DNA of 62,728 nt, counting the filler, from Diploschistes diacapsis (lineage: Eukaryota): the NCBI GenBank assembly GCA_023645945.1. It is 24 parts of 24 records of this genome, joined end to end, with 100 filler letters (N's around TTAATTAATTAA, not from the genome) between each part and the next. Parts side by side here need not be neighbours in the genome. Positions count along the whole stretch, not along the records: positions 1,751 to 24,388 come from JALAIB010000277.1; positions 24,489 to 26,138 come from JALAIB010002770.1; positions 26,239 to 27,888 come from JALAIB010002771.1; positions 27,989 to 29,637 come from JALAIB010002772.1; positions 29,738 to 31,384 come from JALAIB010002773.1; positions 31,485 to 33,131 come from JALAIB010002774.1; positions 33,232 to 34,877 come from JALAIB010002775.1; positions 34,978 to 36,623 come from JALAIB010002776.1; 16 more parts are not named here. One strand, given 5' to 3'. The first letter of the stretch is position 1. Each line of letters starts with the position of its first letter. Below the pieces are notes generated by a model. That model was given only the letters and a program-made list of their open reading frames with translations, was not told the DNA's origin and ran no database searches. Shown here in pieces: positions 24,042-37,051 of the stretch. A program made the translations under genes and the position numbers.

Positions 24042-24488
24042 ATGCTTGCTCCGGGGATAATAGCGGGTAAAGGCAGTGTATTTAAAAAGATGTCACATCG
24101 GAACAACATGGTTGCTGGCTTCGGGGTGAAAAATGACGGGCACTTACGAGGGAAAGATATCTGGCAGGTGGTAAAATACTTGCCAGGGGAAAGCCCTGTG
24201 CTTATCAGAGGGATGTACTTGAAAGTTGCCCAGCCCCGAAAATGCCAAACCATACTGAACATCTGTGCCAAATGTAGTAAATCTGTTGTGCCATGAGTAA
24301 ATGTTCTCCCGGTCTCGAAGAGCTTCGGCCCCTATCCACTACACTACCCCTATCTAGGTATCGACCTCACCCCAACATCCCTTTCTGCNNNNNNNNNNNN
24401 NNNNNNNNNNNNNNNNNNNNNNNNNNNNNNNNTTAATTAATTAANNNNNNNNNNNNNNNNNNNNNNNNNNNNNNNNNNNNNNNNNNNN

Positions 24489-25808
24489 ACCTAGAATGTT
24501 TAGTACTAAATTTAAGAATCTGAGACGCCAAGCCACCCAGTATCTAGTCCAATATAGGGAACTTTTTAGACGCGGTCGCCACCTATAGACAACACGAAGA
24601 ATGGTTAACGATCTCGACGAAAAAACATATATCTTGAAAGAAATGCACCTTTAATCTAACCATCGGAGTTATAATATTATTTAAAAGATAATAACTCAGC
24701 GATACTGATAAAATAAAATATATATAGATGCTAAATAGGTCTATAAGGAATATCGGGAATATTAATTAAAAAAACTAAATCGCGAAATAAACTTGATTTA
24801 TTTTAATTTTATTAATTGTCTATGGGTAATGGTTCATCTCGACATCGTTAAAATGTTAAACTGTCGAAACAAGCATTTTATAATACAGGCCAGGGATCAC
24901 TTGTCCGAATAGATTAAAGCACGAACCATTGTTAAAAACGATTCAAAAACGGTTACCAAGTTCATTCATAAAGAACTAATCTATCGACATAAAATATTCG
25001 GAAAGATAATCGTCGACGATAGTCCAGAAAATAAAGCAGAAGTTATCGATCTTTTAACCAAATACGGAATTCAACGAACCCAGATTTCGGCCTATAATCC
25101 TCCTGCAAATGGCTTGGTTGAACATAATCATCGCGTGATCATAGACGCTCTAAGCAAGTTAATTAATGGCGGGAAAGGAGACTAAGTATCGGCTTTATCT
25201 TCAATATTCTAGGTAGAACGGGTCTCGGTTAATACTATTGTAAAAAGAACTTTATTTTCATTGTTATATAAGACAGAATATATCTTATTAATAGAAACGG
25301 AAGTTATTACATAGACGACGTTATTATAAAACGATGTTCATAACCGTGCCGATCTTTTGACGGTAAGAATAAGACAACTAAAAAGTCGGGATAAAAATAT
25401 AAAAAAGATCTCTACTAGAATAGAACGTCGAAAGGATCAGATGATCGATTTATGCTATAAAGGTATTTATACGAAGGCCTATCTCTTTTATATTAAAGAT
25501 CTTGTATTATTCTATAATAACAGATATTAAAAGAATTATTCCGTATTTAAAAAGTTAAACTTTTAGTGGCTCGGTCCTTACAAGATAACCTATATAAATT
25601 ATAAAAAGTTAATATAAGCTTACCGAGCTTAATAGTACGGACCTTAATGGAATTTTTGCTAAAAAAAGATTGAAAGCTTTTATCAGCGATTTTATAAAAG
25701 ACATTCTATAACCCGAACCTGGACCGGAGTTAGACAAAGATAATAAAACCTTAGAAGAAAATATAGAGGAAGATTCTGGATCTAAGGAAGCTATATCTGG
25801 CATATTAG
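24489..25808 (+). mobile_element. RIP-degraded Ty3/gypsy-type integrase fragment
   Basis: VHLDIVKM...IIVDDSPENK...ISAYNPPANGLVE (DDE core), then WLGPYKI (GPY/F motif), with many in-frame stops. Confidence 0.85.
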
Positions 25809-26138
25809 CATCACGAAAAGTTTTTGGCGGCGAAACACCGCGAAAATCCGCGAAGTTGGCGAAACTGGCAAAACCGGCGAGGTGGGCGACAGATAATGCG
25901 TTCAAGCGACTCGCCAACTTTCGCCAAAAAGTTTGGCGAAACACGGCGAAACTGGCGAAACCGGCGAAACCGGCGAAAGCTGGCAAAGATGGCGAGGCCA
26001 ATCATTTTTTTACTAATATATTACGTAAGCAAAAAAAATTAATAAATTTAATATAATATTAATAATATTAATAATAATTAATTAATAATTATATAATCAT
26101 AATTACGTAATTATTATTATTATTATATTATATAAAGT
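25809..26138 (+). mobile_element. Terminus of a DNA transposon (hAT-like) with GGCGAAAC(T/C) subterminal repeats
   Basis: Starts CATCACGAAAAGTTTT followed by tandem GGCGAAAC repeats. The same terminus is at 31160 with an unrelated left flank. Confidence 0.6.
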
Positions 26139-26238
26139 NNNNNNNNNNNNNNNNNNNNNNNNNNNNNNNNNNNNNNNNNNNNTTAATTAATTAANNNNNN
26201 NNNNNNNNNNNNNNNNNNNNNNNNNNNNNNNNNNNNNN

Positions 26239-27260
26239 AAATTATATAAAACACTTAGAACTTCGTTAAAAAATATATAATATTAATATAATAACGATAA
26301 AAGCGATACGCGGACGAATACCAACGTCTCGTTAAAGAAATCAATCCCGACGATTCGATTTAATTAAATATACGTAATATTAAAATCACTCGGGTTTATA
26401 AAAAATTGAATAATAAATAAAACGGCCCCTATAACGTCTTACGGAAGATAAGTAATATAGATTTCGAACTGGACCTATTAACGTCGATAAAATAATTTAA
26501 AATCTTTTATTTGTTTTTACTTTCGAAAGACCCGCAAAACCTTTTAAAAAAATAAACGTATTCTAGACCATTCCCGGTAAAGACGGAAGACGGAAAAGAA
26601 TAAGAGATCGAGAAAATCCTCGATATTAAAAGAAGCCCCGGGCGAGAAATGAACGTTTAATATAAGGTACGTTGGATAAAATAATCTATCGACGATAACT
26701 AATATTCTACCGCTAATTTCGAAAATACCTTCGAGATCTTACGGGAATTTTATTAATTAAATTCTAAAAAAATAAGACTTTCGTGGTTAACAATACCCGG
26801 GGATAGGCAACTAACGCCAGTAAAAATTACAAATAGGGGCGAATTTTTAGAATAAGGCGGTATCGATTATTACGACGATTATATTTTCCTATAGAATCTA
26901 AGAACGTATTTAATTAAAAACGACGCTGAAAGAGATTTAAAGAAACGGAAATATCTATTACGAAAGAATAACAGGTATCTTTTTAAACAAATCAGAAAAA
27001 AGAATGAAGATCGAGGTGGAGATTGACTGAAAAAAGAGCATCGCTTGTAAGAGACACAAGCATCTAAAAAGGGAGGTAGTGAGACAGCCCAGCCCAGGGG
27101 TTTGCCAAGCCACGGCAGGGTTAGTGCCCAGGGGCTTGTCAAGCCACGGCAGGGTCAATGCCCAGGTGCTTGCCAAGACACGGCAGGGTCAGGGGGTGGC
27201 TGTGTAGATGGGTAGTCCCCGAACCCCGGTAGGCCTAGCATCCACACTACTTAACGGTAC
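26239..27260 (+). mobile_element. Chromovirus (gypsy) 3' end: GPY/F, chromodomain, PPT, and 3' LTR starting at 27080
   Basis: NGPYNVL, then E*EIEKILDIK...YKVRW (chromodomain); AAAAAGGGAGGTAG precedes TGAGAC; the LTR contains GCCAAGCCACGGCAGGG tandem repeats. Confidence 0.8.
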
Positions 27261-27399
27261 CTTCCTCCCACTTAGATAATTTCTTTTTCAGTTTTTTGAA
27301 TCGAGACCTTTTACCTGCAGATGCCCAAGCTATACCTAATCCTTCCGGATCAGGCCCAGCCCCCGGTAGAATAGCATCCTTTCCTGCGCTGGCGTTTCA

Positions 27400-27746
27400 A
27401 AATTAGCGTATTCGGTCTTGCGTTCGTAACCGTTCTAATTACCGAAAAGATTTATTTCTAATAATTAAAAACGAAATGGTTCGAATAAATTAACCCGGGC
27501 TTATAATCTATTTGATAATATAATAAATATATTAAAGTTTAGAGATTTTATTCTATAAAGATATTTTATTATATAAACTTTTATATCCTACGAGATCCGT
27601 TAAGTTTTATTATTAATATTATTCCCGATCGGTCTAGTCAGAGTTTCAGAAGGTTCAGCTGAACTGAACCTTCGAGTCCAGCTGAACTGAACCCCCGACT
27701 AGAACTCAGTCGAACTCCCAGCCATGCCTTCTGCCTGTCTGCTCAA
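27400..27746 (-). mobile_element. Copia 5' LTR (27509-27746) plus PBS
   Basis: Same LTR family as 814-1052, followed on the minus strand by GATTATAAGCCCGG (a RIPed GGTTATGGGCCC-type copia PBS). Confidence 0.75.
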
Positions 27747-27988
27747 GAATTTAGATTTACGAATATATCCTTTTTTAAACATTTTTTAAAAATATTGTTT
27801 AAGGAATTTTAGCTTTATTACTAATGTTTTATAAAAAGGTTTAAATTTTGGGGTTTCTCCGTTCATAAGTTCGATAGCATGGTTCTAANNNNNNNNNNNN
27901 NNNNNNNNNNNNNNNNNNNNNNNNNNNNNNNNTTAATTAATTAANNNNNNNNNNNNNNNNNNNNNNNNNNNNNNNNNNNNNNNNNNNN

Positions 27989-28857
27989 TTATTTATTTTT
28001 TATTATTAATATTAAATAATTAGTTTCGAGATGTTTCGATTAAAATTTAATTAATATTAATATATAATAGTTTAAAAATAATTATAAGCGGTAATATCTC
28101 GTTAATAATTAAAATATATTCGATTATAGTTATTTTTTTTCTTTTTTTAATAACCTTTTAATTCGAGCTTGTTCGACTCGAAACGAAAGCTTTAAAAAAA
28201 GAATTATTATTAATATTAAAACTTAACTCGTTTATATTATAGATATATTCGGGCGCGTATTGCTTTTTATTATATTAAATTATTACTGCATCGAATTACC
28301 GTTGTATAACCTCGTAACTTATCGCATTAAATCTATTCGACTCGATCTATCTCGTCTAGATATTGGTAATTTTAGGAAATCGTTTGCGAAATAGCGATAC
28401 CCAATTTTTGACGATAGGTTAAAGATTCGCGATTATAACTTCTAGATTTAAACCGAATCGAATTCTTTCGCGTCGAATCTCTTCGGCTATTTCCATTATT
28501 AACGCAGGCGATGTAGGAAAGTTAGTTTATATAAAACGTGTAATCCATCGTATTAATATCTTTTCTTTAGGATTTAAAAGGATTTAACTCGATTCGTGAT
28601 TATTAGAACGTGATTGTACTTTAGTGAATCGACGCATGATGGTTAAACGAGGAACTTTAAATACGCGAACAGCTTCTCGAACGTTGGTATATTGTTAAGA
28701 ATTTAGGGCCTATAAATAATCGTTGATATTAGATTTTATTAAAATCGAATTATTACGATGCGAGATAATCATTATTGAAAAAATCGAAGAAAAAGATGAA
28801 AGTTGTAATGAGAGGTGGCCCATTTCTGGGGGTGGCCCGGTTCCCCGTCAAACACGT
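27989..28857 (-). mobile_element. Pogo/Fot1 DNA transposon 5' end (TIR and RIPed transposase N-terminus)
   Basis: TIR ACGTGTTTGACGGGGAACCGGGCCACCCCC flanked by TA; degenerate HTH/CENP-B-like ORF homologous to 51665-52320. Confidence 0.85.
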
Positions 28858-28859
28858 TA

Positions 28860-29637
28860 TATGGAATACCTGTTACTGGATCTTTGGATGTTAATAGTTT
28901 GATTATAAAGTCTATCGTGATTGTCTTTTATGGTTGATCTGATTTCTTAATGATTTATAGAATCCCGTATCTTCTATACGTAAAATATTTATTCTTCTGA
29001 CAGCTCTCGTATTGCTTAATGAAATTAATAACTTATTGTTTTATTCCTTCGAAATAACAGTTTCGTTAAATAGCTTTAATGGTATTCGTAATACTTTTAT
29101 ATCCATATTCCGGTAGATCATGATGTTGTCGTATACAATTCTATATCTTCTTAATAGGAATCTATAGCTTCCGTCGTGTTATTAAATATTGTTCGTATTG
29201 ATCTTTCAAGACATTCATAACTGCTATAAATTCTCGAAAATTTGTTATAAATAATCCATCATTATTAATCTTTAATAACTTAACTTAGCGCGGTTCTTTT
29301 GTCATATAATCTAGCCGTTTGTTCAACGCGTTAACCCGTTCGTTTATTTTATCTATAATCCGTTTGATCGTGAAACGATATCGTCCGAAAATTTTTAACT
29401 AACGAAACTATTTAGGATTAAATTTTTTTATTATCGTGAACTTTAATAAGTTTATATAGTTTATATAGATTTCGGTTTCCTTTATTTCGTGAACGTAAAT
29501 ATGCCATTCGTTTAAAGCAGCGATTATAACGAGTAATTCTTAATCGCTTATATCGTAATTGATTTTTATTAATAATATCTTTCTCGAGTAATAGGTTATT
29601 AACCGCCACTTATTATTATTATTAAATTATAATAAGT
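28860..29637 (-). mobile_element. RIP-degraded gypsy RNase H / integrase zinc-finger fragment
   Basis: HDLPEYGY (H-D-x-P-x-x-G-H-like), SCQKNK and RSSNRYSI-region motifs on the minus strand, interrupted by the pogo TIR. Confidence 0.7.
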
Positions 29638-29737
29638 NNNNNNNNNNNNNNNNNNNNNNNNNNNNNNNNNNNNNNNNNNNNTTAATTAATTAANNNNNNN
29701 NNNNNNNNNNNNNNNNNNNNNNNNNNNNNNNNNNNNN

Positions 29738-30808
29738 TTTTTATATATCCTTATTAAGGTTTCTTTATTTTACTTAATTAGTCTAGCGTGTTTTTAAAAT
29801 TTCGTCGTATATTCTAAAGCCGAGCTTCGTTGGCTAATTATTTTGATAATTCGAATCGTATATTTCTTATCGTTGGTCGTTTTAAAGGTCAGTTGGACCT
29901 ATTTTTTAAATCTCGTAAAATTCGTAAACATTCCGTAATTGTTTTTTTAATCTTTTAAGTATGCGTCGAGGTGAAGTTTTATTTATGTTAATACGCGGTC
30001 ACGTATGAATTTTACGGCGAAGACGGTTCGTTTTTTTTAATCGTTTATAATATGCGGGTTTCAATAGAAATATATTAAAAGTTAAAGTATTTAATATTTT
30101 AATTTCTTTCGGTTTTTATGGAACGTTATTGACTTTATAATTTTTATAATAGGTTTTTTATACGGTTTATTTTCGTCGGGTTTATCGTTATTTCCGAGAT
30201 CGTAACCTTTAGCTTCCGCGGTGTCCGTTATTGGGGTATGAGTTTCATCTGATGGCGTTACTGCTCTAAATATTCGAGATAATACGGATTTAGTTATCGG
30301 TGGCGATCGCCCGGTTATACTGTTTAAGATATTTATTCTTAAGGGTGTTTAAATGTTATAATCTTTATCTTTATAACGTAGACACGAGGTATTAATTAAG
30401 GTAAGTTTGATCTCGTTTAGAAGAAGAATGCAAATAAGAAAAGAAGATAGAGCAGTTATAAGTCGTGAATTATCTCTAAAGAGAAGGCTCTAATAATAAA
30501 GATAACGAATATAGATTGATCCCAAATAATAATTAAAAATATCGATAAAAAAATTAATATACCCCGACTCATAAAAGCCATAACGCGTTCCTATATAGCC
30601 AACTACTCCCTAGCGGAATAATTCAGTAGATAAGTAGAATTACCGTTCTCCCGTTTTATCTACAGAAAATAAAATAACCTTTAAGGCTTTCTACTCATCA
30701 CGTGACCCGTGTCACCATAATTGGATTATATATAAGGAATGATTGGGTTAGGCCCGATCAGCTGTGAAGTGCCAAGTGGACTACCACCTAGTTACTTGGA
30801 TCGTCACA
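29738..30808 (-). mobile_element. LTR family B (30354-30808) with adjacent degraded internal (gag-like) sequence
   Basis: LTR ends TGTGACGATCCAAG...TATAACA on the minus strand. Related LTR copies at 46012-46466, 48936-49198, 50278-50578, 54160-54388 and 56280-56734. Confidence 0.65.
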
Positions 30809-31104
30809 CACGATAAGGTGATATGATATCTTAATCGGCTATAAAGAATACGTCGATATATTTTTAGTACGCAATAAGTAATTTTCGTTCTATCTACTTT
30901 TTCTAAGTTTTATCCGTTTAGTAGCAGAGGTCTTTCGATTCTTTTCTTTTAGATCGCCGTGTTGATTTCATACAACGAATATATTTTTAATTTAATGTTT
31001 TTACGTTTCGCGTTCGTTCGAAGTGCCGCAATATCTATTATTATAAATCTTAATATTAAAATGGTATTCTGTTTATTTACCGTGGTGAACGTTTAGATGA
31101 TCGT

Positions 31105-31134
31105 TGGAACATCCTGAACGTTCAGGATGTTCCA
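31105..31134. repeat. 30-bp perfect palindrome made of an LTR terminus, flanked by 5-bp direct repeat ATCGT
   Basis: TGGAACATCCTGAAC|GTTCAGGATGTTCCA. The arms match the LTR end at 38281-38296; ATCGT lies at 31100-31104 and 31135-31139. Confidence 0.9.
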
Positions 31135-31159
31135 ATCGTATGTTCTTCTCGAATATCTT

Positions 31160-31384
31160 CATCACGAAAAGTTTTTCAAGCAAAAAAAATTTCTGGCGAA
31201 ACTGGCGAAACCGGCGAAACTGGCGAGGCCAATCATTTTTATTACGTAATCAAGAAATAAAAAAGCATTTTTTTAAATATTTTAAAAAAAAAATTTCGAA
31301 AAAAATATTAAAAAATCCGCTAATTTAGCGCCGGATAACTAGTGTCGCAAACTCGCTAAAGCTCTCACGCCGCGAATATCAACG
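31160..31384 (+). mobile_element. Second copy of the CATCACGAAAAGTTTT transposon terminus
   Basis: Shares the terminal 16-mer, the GGCGAAAC repeats and GGCGAGGCCAATCATTTTT with 25809-26138. Confidence 0.6.
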
Positions 31385-32372
31385 NNNNNNNNNNNNNNNN
31401 NNNNNNNNNNNNNNNNNNNNNNNNNNNNTTAATTAATTAANNNNNNNNNNNNNNNNNNNNNNNNNNNNNNNNNNNNNNNNNNNNCTAGGAGACTTTATAA
31501 GGGTAATATGGATTTCTAATAAAAAGAATCGAAAGACACCATTAAAGGATAAAAAAATCAACTCACGGATAAAAATAAGAACCTAAAGAACTACCAGTAA
31601 AAGATAAAGAATATAAAAAAAGAAAAAAAGATTAAACGACCTATCCATTAAATAACAGATACCTTTTCAAGATTATTAATAAAAATAATAATGGATTTCT
31701 ATCAAAAATCTCCGCCTTAAATACCGACATATTCATTATATTGCGGTAAAGATGTTCATCTTCAGATATTCTACTTTCGCATCAATACACGCTTGTATTT
31801 TTTTTTATAATAAAAGCTTATTCCGCTCGATGCAATAAATTAATTCGAGAAACCGATGGGTATCCTCTTAAATCGACTATTTTAATACATTTTATATTCG
31901 TTTTAGACGAGCTTACGATATTTAAACGTGAAACCGACTACTATGAACGTGTTTTAAACATTGAATAGCGGAGAAACAGGCGGTATTATAAAATAAAAAA
32001 ACTCTATTAAAAAACTGTATTTGTAAAGAAAAAATCTTAAATTTTTATAACGAACGATAAGTCGACATAATCAAATCCGAATAAAAGATCAATTACGAGA
32101 AATTATAAAAGATATTTTTATTCCACCATTGAGGATTCTTTTTTATTTACTATCTATATTGGACCTTCGGCGAATTATTGGGCCGATGATATCGGAAAGA
32201 AATAATTACGATCTAAAGTATCGACCTTAACACGTCTTAATTACTTATTATATCTAATACATTCGTTAATGGGGAAATAAAATTACGTAACTCGATTATT
32301 ACTCGCGCTTATTTAAATAAACGGCGAGCGTGCCTCGCCACCTACTCGATGCTCTCGTTCATGTTAACAAAC

Positions 32373-32929
32373 TAAACTAGCCGTTTCGTGCCACGGTCAC
32401 TAACACGGACACTACAACAAAAATTTTCAAAACACGGACACTGACACGGACACGACAGCTAAAATTTTAAAACACGGACACTAACACGAACACTGCACTA
32501 CAGTAAAAACACGAACACGGACACTACAATTAAAAATTTTAAAACACTGATACTGACACGGACACTACATTTCCGTAAATCCATCGAAACACTACGATAA
32601 ATCCACCGAAATACTACAATGAAATTTTTTTAAAAAAATAAAAGCGTAAGAAATAGGCGTGATAATTCCAGAATTATTGTAATTAAAAAAATTATTTAAA
32701 ATGTTTCGGTGAATGCACGGACACGGACACCGTAATAAAAAAATTTTCGACACGGACACTAACACGGACACTACACTATAATAAAAGCACGGACACGGAC
32801 ATTGCAATTAAAATTTTTAAAACACTAACACTAACACGGACACTGCACTTCCGTGAATCCACGGACACGGACACCGCAGCTAAAAAATCTAAAACACGAA
32901 CACTGACACTGTCAATGACGGCCAGCCTA
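32373..32929 (+). mobile_element. Non-autonomous hAT element (MITE), 557 bp, with 8-bp TSD TAACAAAC
   Basis: TIRs TAGGCTGGCCGT (left copy RIPed to TAAACTAGCCGT) and ACGGCCAGCCTA; interior of CACGGACAC repeats; identical 8-mers at 32365-32372 and 32930-32937. Confidence 0.92.
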
Positions 32930-35769
32930 TAACAAACCTCGAGAGTTATAATTATCAACTGGATAGTTTTATTAAAAGCAATAGGCCGTAAACGTTTGAA
33001 AAAAATATTTATTCCTTTCATTCCAATCCTTTTAAGTTAAATATATTTCTTAGTCATTACGACTCGTTTTCCTAATCATGGACCTTAATTCTAAATCATT
33101 TATTATTCGAGATATCTAATAACTTCTTAATNNNNNNNNNNNNNNNNNNNNNNNNNNNNNNNNNNNNNNNNNNNNTTAATTAATTAANNNNNNNNNNNNN
33201 NNNNNNNNNNNNNNNNNNNNNNNNNNNNNNNATATAAAGATTTTATATCTGGATTTTCGTCGCTATTCGGACTTCATAACATGCATAAAAGCGTGCCGTA
33301 TTTCTTTAAAGCGGTAATTCAGGTTATCGGGTTTGAAACAATCTCGAACGCTTTAATAGTGAAAAGAAGATAAACGGATTTTCTAATTATAAAAGAATAA
33401 ATAAAGATTTTCCGGCTAGAGATTAAAAATGTTTATTTCCGAGAGTGGATCGCAAAGGTAACCTTGGCGCTAAAATAGCATTTCTTTGCAATTCGGTCAG
33501 CAGAATAGGGGCTCTATAATCCTATAAAAAAAGCTTCTTCGGAACGATAATAAGAAAAAAAATGGACTACTAGGAAATAGGAAGATTTGCGCCTCCTCCG
33601 GACGAGGAGGAGGAGGGAGAAAAAGATAAAAAAGAAGAAAATGATCTGGACCTCAGTTTAAAGGATATGGAATCCAGGGAGGAAAAGGAGGAAGAGAGCG
33701 GGAATGAGTAAGCAACATGATAAAAAGAATGGGTATTAGCAGATTTCAGGGGTTTATAATTATAATAAAATACTATCTATTGTTTGCGCGGTTGTTTACT
33801 TTATCGGTTAGTTTTATAGCATTTTTACTTTTCCGTCTTATTTTTTTTTTATGTGCTTTATTTACTTGCCTGCCTTTCTGCATGCTTATCTATAATTAAC
33901 TTCTTGCTGGTCGTGACGAGAGGAAAGAAAATGAAGGAAGAAGAAGAAGGCTGTAGGACGTGTTATTAATTATATTTATCGAGCGAAGCATTTACGGATA
34001 ATGTGAATACAATCGGAAATAAGGATTTTTTAGATAGGCACCGCCTTTCTATCTAGTTGTATTTAAGAGAATAGAATATAGGAGGATAGGTCCAGGAGCA
34101 CGGTTACGTCGAGAAAAGAGCATTAAGGATAATAAGTTTTTGGGTATTTCAGTTGCCGGTGAGGTATAGGACTATATTGGGGTATAAAGATAAACGGGAT
34201 GGAGATTTCTTGTTGATAAGACTTGTGTGGAGTTCGCTATAGGACAGCGAATTATTGAGGGGGGGGTCGTATATAAATATAAAAGTAAGCGGGCAAATTT
34301 AGTAGGGATAGTCCTTATAGGGCAGCTTTATTTAAAGAGGCCTGCTAGGTAGCTCTAGACAATTAATCCATCCTACACCTCACAAATATCCTACCTAGGT
34401 ATGCTGTTGACTACGAGATCACACTACATTCCCTTACTACACCACCTACGACTACCTACCTACTACAGCAAGGGAAGTCTCCCTAGACAGCGCGCATTGA
34501 GTTTATACTAGATTTGCTAATTCGAAGTATTTAGAATAAAACATTAAGTAAATTTTGGCATCTTTAGATAATTTGAATCAATAATTGACTCGCTTAGTTT
34601 CGTTCGGTATAACGGGTTATTTATCGATTAAAAAGGGTCCGACGTTAACGTGATTTAGTTTCTTAAAAGGTTTACGTGTCTTGAAATTATCCGTATATAA
34701 ATAAACCTTATTTCCTTCCTTTAGCTAAGGATTCTTCTTTAAGATTCTAAATTTTCTGACATCATTCAGTGCCTCGTTGTTTAGTGATTATGTATTTTAA
34801 ATCTTCTTAACTTCTTTATACCTGTTGTTAAGGCAGTATTCGGCGTTCGGTAATAATTTAATTTAATTATCTATGTTNNNNNNNNNNNNNNNNNNNNNNN
34901 NNNNNNNNNNNNNNNNNNNNNTTAATTAATTAANNNNNNNNNNNNNNNNNNNNNNNNNNNNNNNNNNNNNNNNNNNNGTACGGGGTGCAGGGGGGGTATT
35001 AAGAGGGGAATGGCAAGGGAAGAGAGGGGATGGAATGATACTCAGGGAAGTGGGAGTTACTTGGGTTGATCTGGTGTGGCGTTTTGCGGTTTTTGAACAT
35101 GGTGTTTCGCGTAGCAGAGCGCTGGATTGGATAATTGCAAAGGCGTCAATTTCTGGGACTCTTGAGAGTTGTTGTCTTCTCGTTGTTCCAGATTTGAATG
35201 ATAGTATGCTATTGTTTCAGTGCTACCACTGGTTCCAACCGGCTAGTGCTTCCCTCTGGTTTTCTCGCGCCAATTTGTCTTGGGGCGCTCGTTAACAGCT
35301 GGGGAATTGCTAGAAGTCCGGTCTGTGAGTGATGAGATTGGATAGTCCCCATATGTATATGGAGCATGTTATTAGTTGTTCCTTATCTAGGGGTGTATTG
35401 TCGTGGCCATCTTGCGGGAAGTTAAGGGAAATAGGTCAGTGCTTATTGTATCATAGACTACCTCAGGATAACTTATAATGTCTCTCCTCGCTTTGGTAAG
35501 AGTAGATCTCGAAGATGTAGATAGCGGTACGGGTCTTGTCTGCCGACATGTTTTCTAAGGGGCTGAACTGCTGCTTTGTGTGCAAATAGACAAAAAGAGC
35601 TATGACCCTACTTGTACAAGGTCTAGCAGCCTAATGCCTGGCATAACATGAGAGTCTATACTACCAGGACCCAGGTAGGTAACTTATGCTTACTCACGCT
35701 AATTACAGTGCCTATCAAAGCCAAACTATCAGCATACCCGCTCAGGATCCTTCTCTCATGCTTTTACTA

Positions 35770-36257
35770 GAGTGTTGCCCCTAGTAACCGAGCGGACCCT
35801 AGTAACCGATCATCCATAAGCGCTTTTTACACCCAAAATGCCCTCCCCCTTTTCATCCATTATAAGTTCCAAATATTTTTTTATTTTTTGCTAATTTAAT
35901 CCTAAATACTCTCGATAATGGAAAATACTCTTATCGAAACGAAAACTCGATTCTTCTCGCTGTCATTTCGTGAAATCGTTCGGCGTAATGACGTCCCTTT
36001 TTCTTTTTTTCTCGATAAGCTTAATAGCCGCTTTAAAAGATTTATTAGTTATAAAACGCAATAGATTTTAATTATTAAACAAAAGAATATCCTCGCGATA
36101 TATATAAAACGTTTATAGGCTAAAGAATTCTCTATTTCTATCGTAATGTTTAAAAACTTAACGGCGGGAATTTAAAATACTTCCGAACTTAATAATCAAT
36201 GCCAGCCAGGCCGTCACTGACCGCAACGCTTTTTAAAAAGGCATTTAAAGCTAGGTA
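35770..36257 (+). mobile_element. Second pogo/Fot1-like family: TIR and transposase N-terminal relic
   Basis: TA then GAGTGTTGCCCCTAGTAACCGAGCGGACCCTAGTAACCGA (internally duplicated TIR), followed by degenerate REIVRRNDVP...KQKNILAIYIKRL. Confidence 0.6.
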
Positions 36258-37051
36258 ACGTGTTTCACGGGGATTCCGGCCACCCCTAGATTCCGGCCAC
36301 TTCAAATCACTACCGCTAACATTCTACGGTTTTTAGATACAACCTATTCGTCGCAATCAGAATCTAATCGATCTAAATCGAATCTATTTTCTTTTTTTTT
36401 ATCTATTTTCGATTTCAGAAATGCGACGACGTTTTTTACGCGTTATAGGTCGTTTCGAAACTATCCGACTCGATTTAATCCGAATTATTATTTTAAAAAT
36501 TTCGTTTATATTAAATATAAAACGATTTTTTAATTTAATTCGTTTATTTAATTTACGTTTTTTATTTTTAGTTTTTTTTACGAAGCGTTATGAACTTAAT
36601 ATGCGTTAATTTAAATCTGTCTCNNNNNNNNNNNNNNNNNNNNNNNNNNNNNNNNNNNNNNNNNNNNTTAATTAATTAANNNNNNNNNNNNNNNNNNNNN
36701 NNNNNNNNNNNNNNNNNNNNNNNTCTGAAATCGAGGAGGATAAAGATGAAGAAAATAGATTCGATTTAGATCGATTAGATTCTAATTGCGACGAATAGGT
36801 TGTATCTAAAAACCGTAAAATGTTGGCGGTAGTAATTTGAGGTGGCCCACTTCTGGGGGTGGCCCGGTTCCCCGTTAAACACGTTATATTAATATTAATT
36901 AGATTTTAGTCGAAACGCCTCGAAACTAACTATTTAATATTAATAATAAAGGATAAATAATAGATAGATACGGTTATTAATAACTTATACGTATTTTTGA
37001 GCCTTTAATCAGACCGAATCGATCCGAAACGCGTCGTTTATTAATTATAGA

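Noticed and set aside
32373..32929. CACGGACAC repeat-spacer pattern resembling a CRISPR or iteron array
   Set aside because: Eukaryotic context, degenerate repeats with homologous 'spacers', and TIRs plus an 8-bp TSD show it is a hAT MITE.
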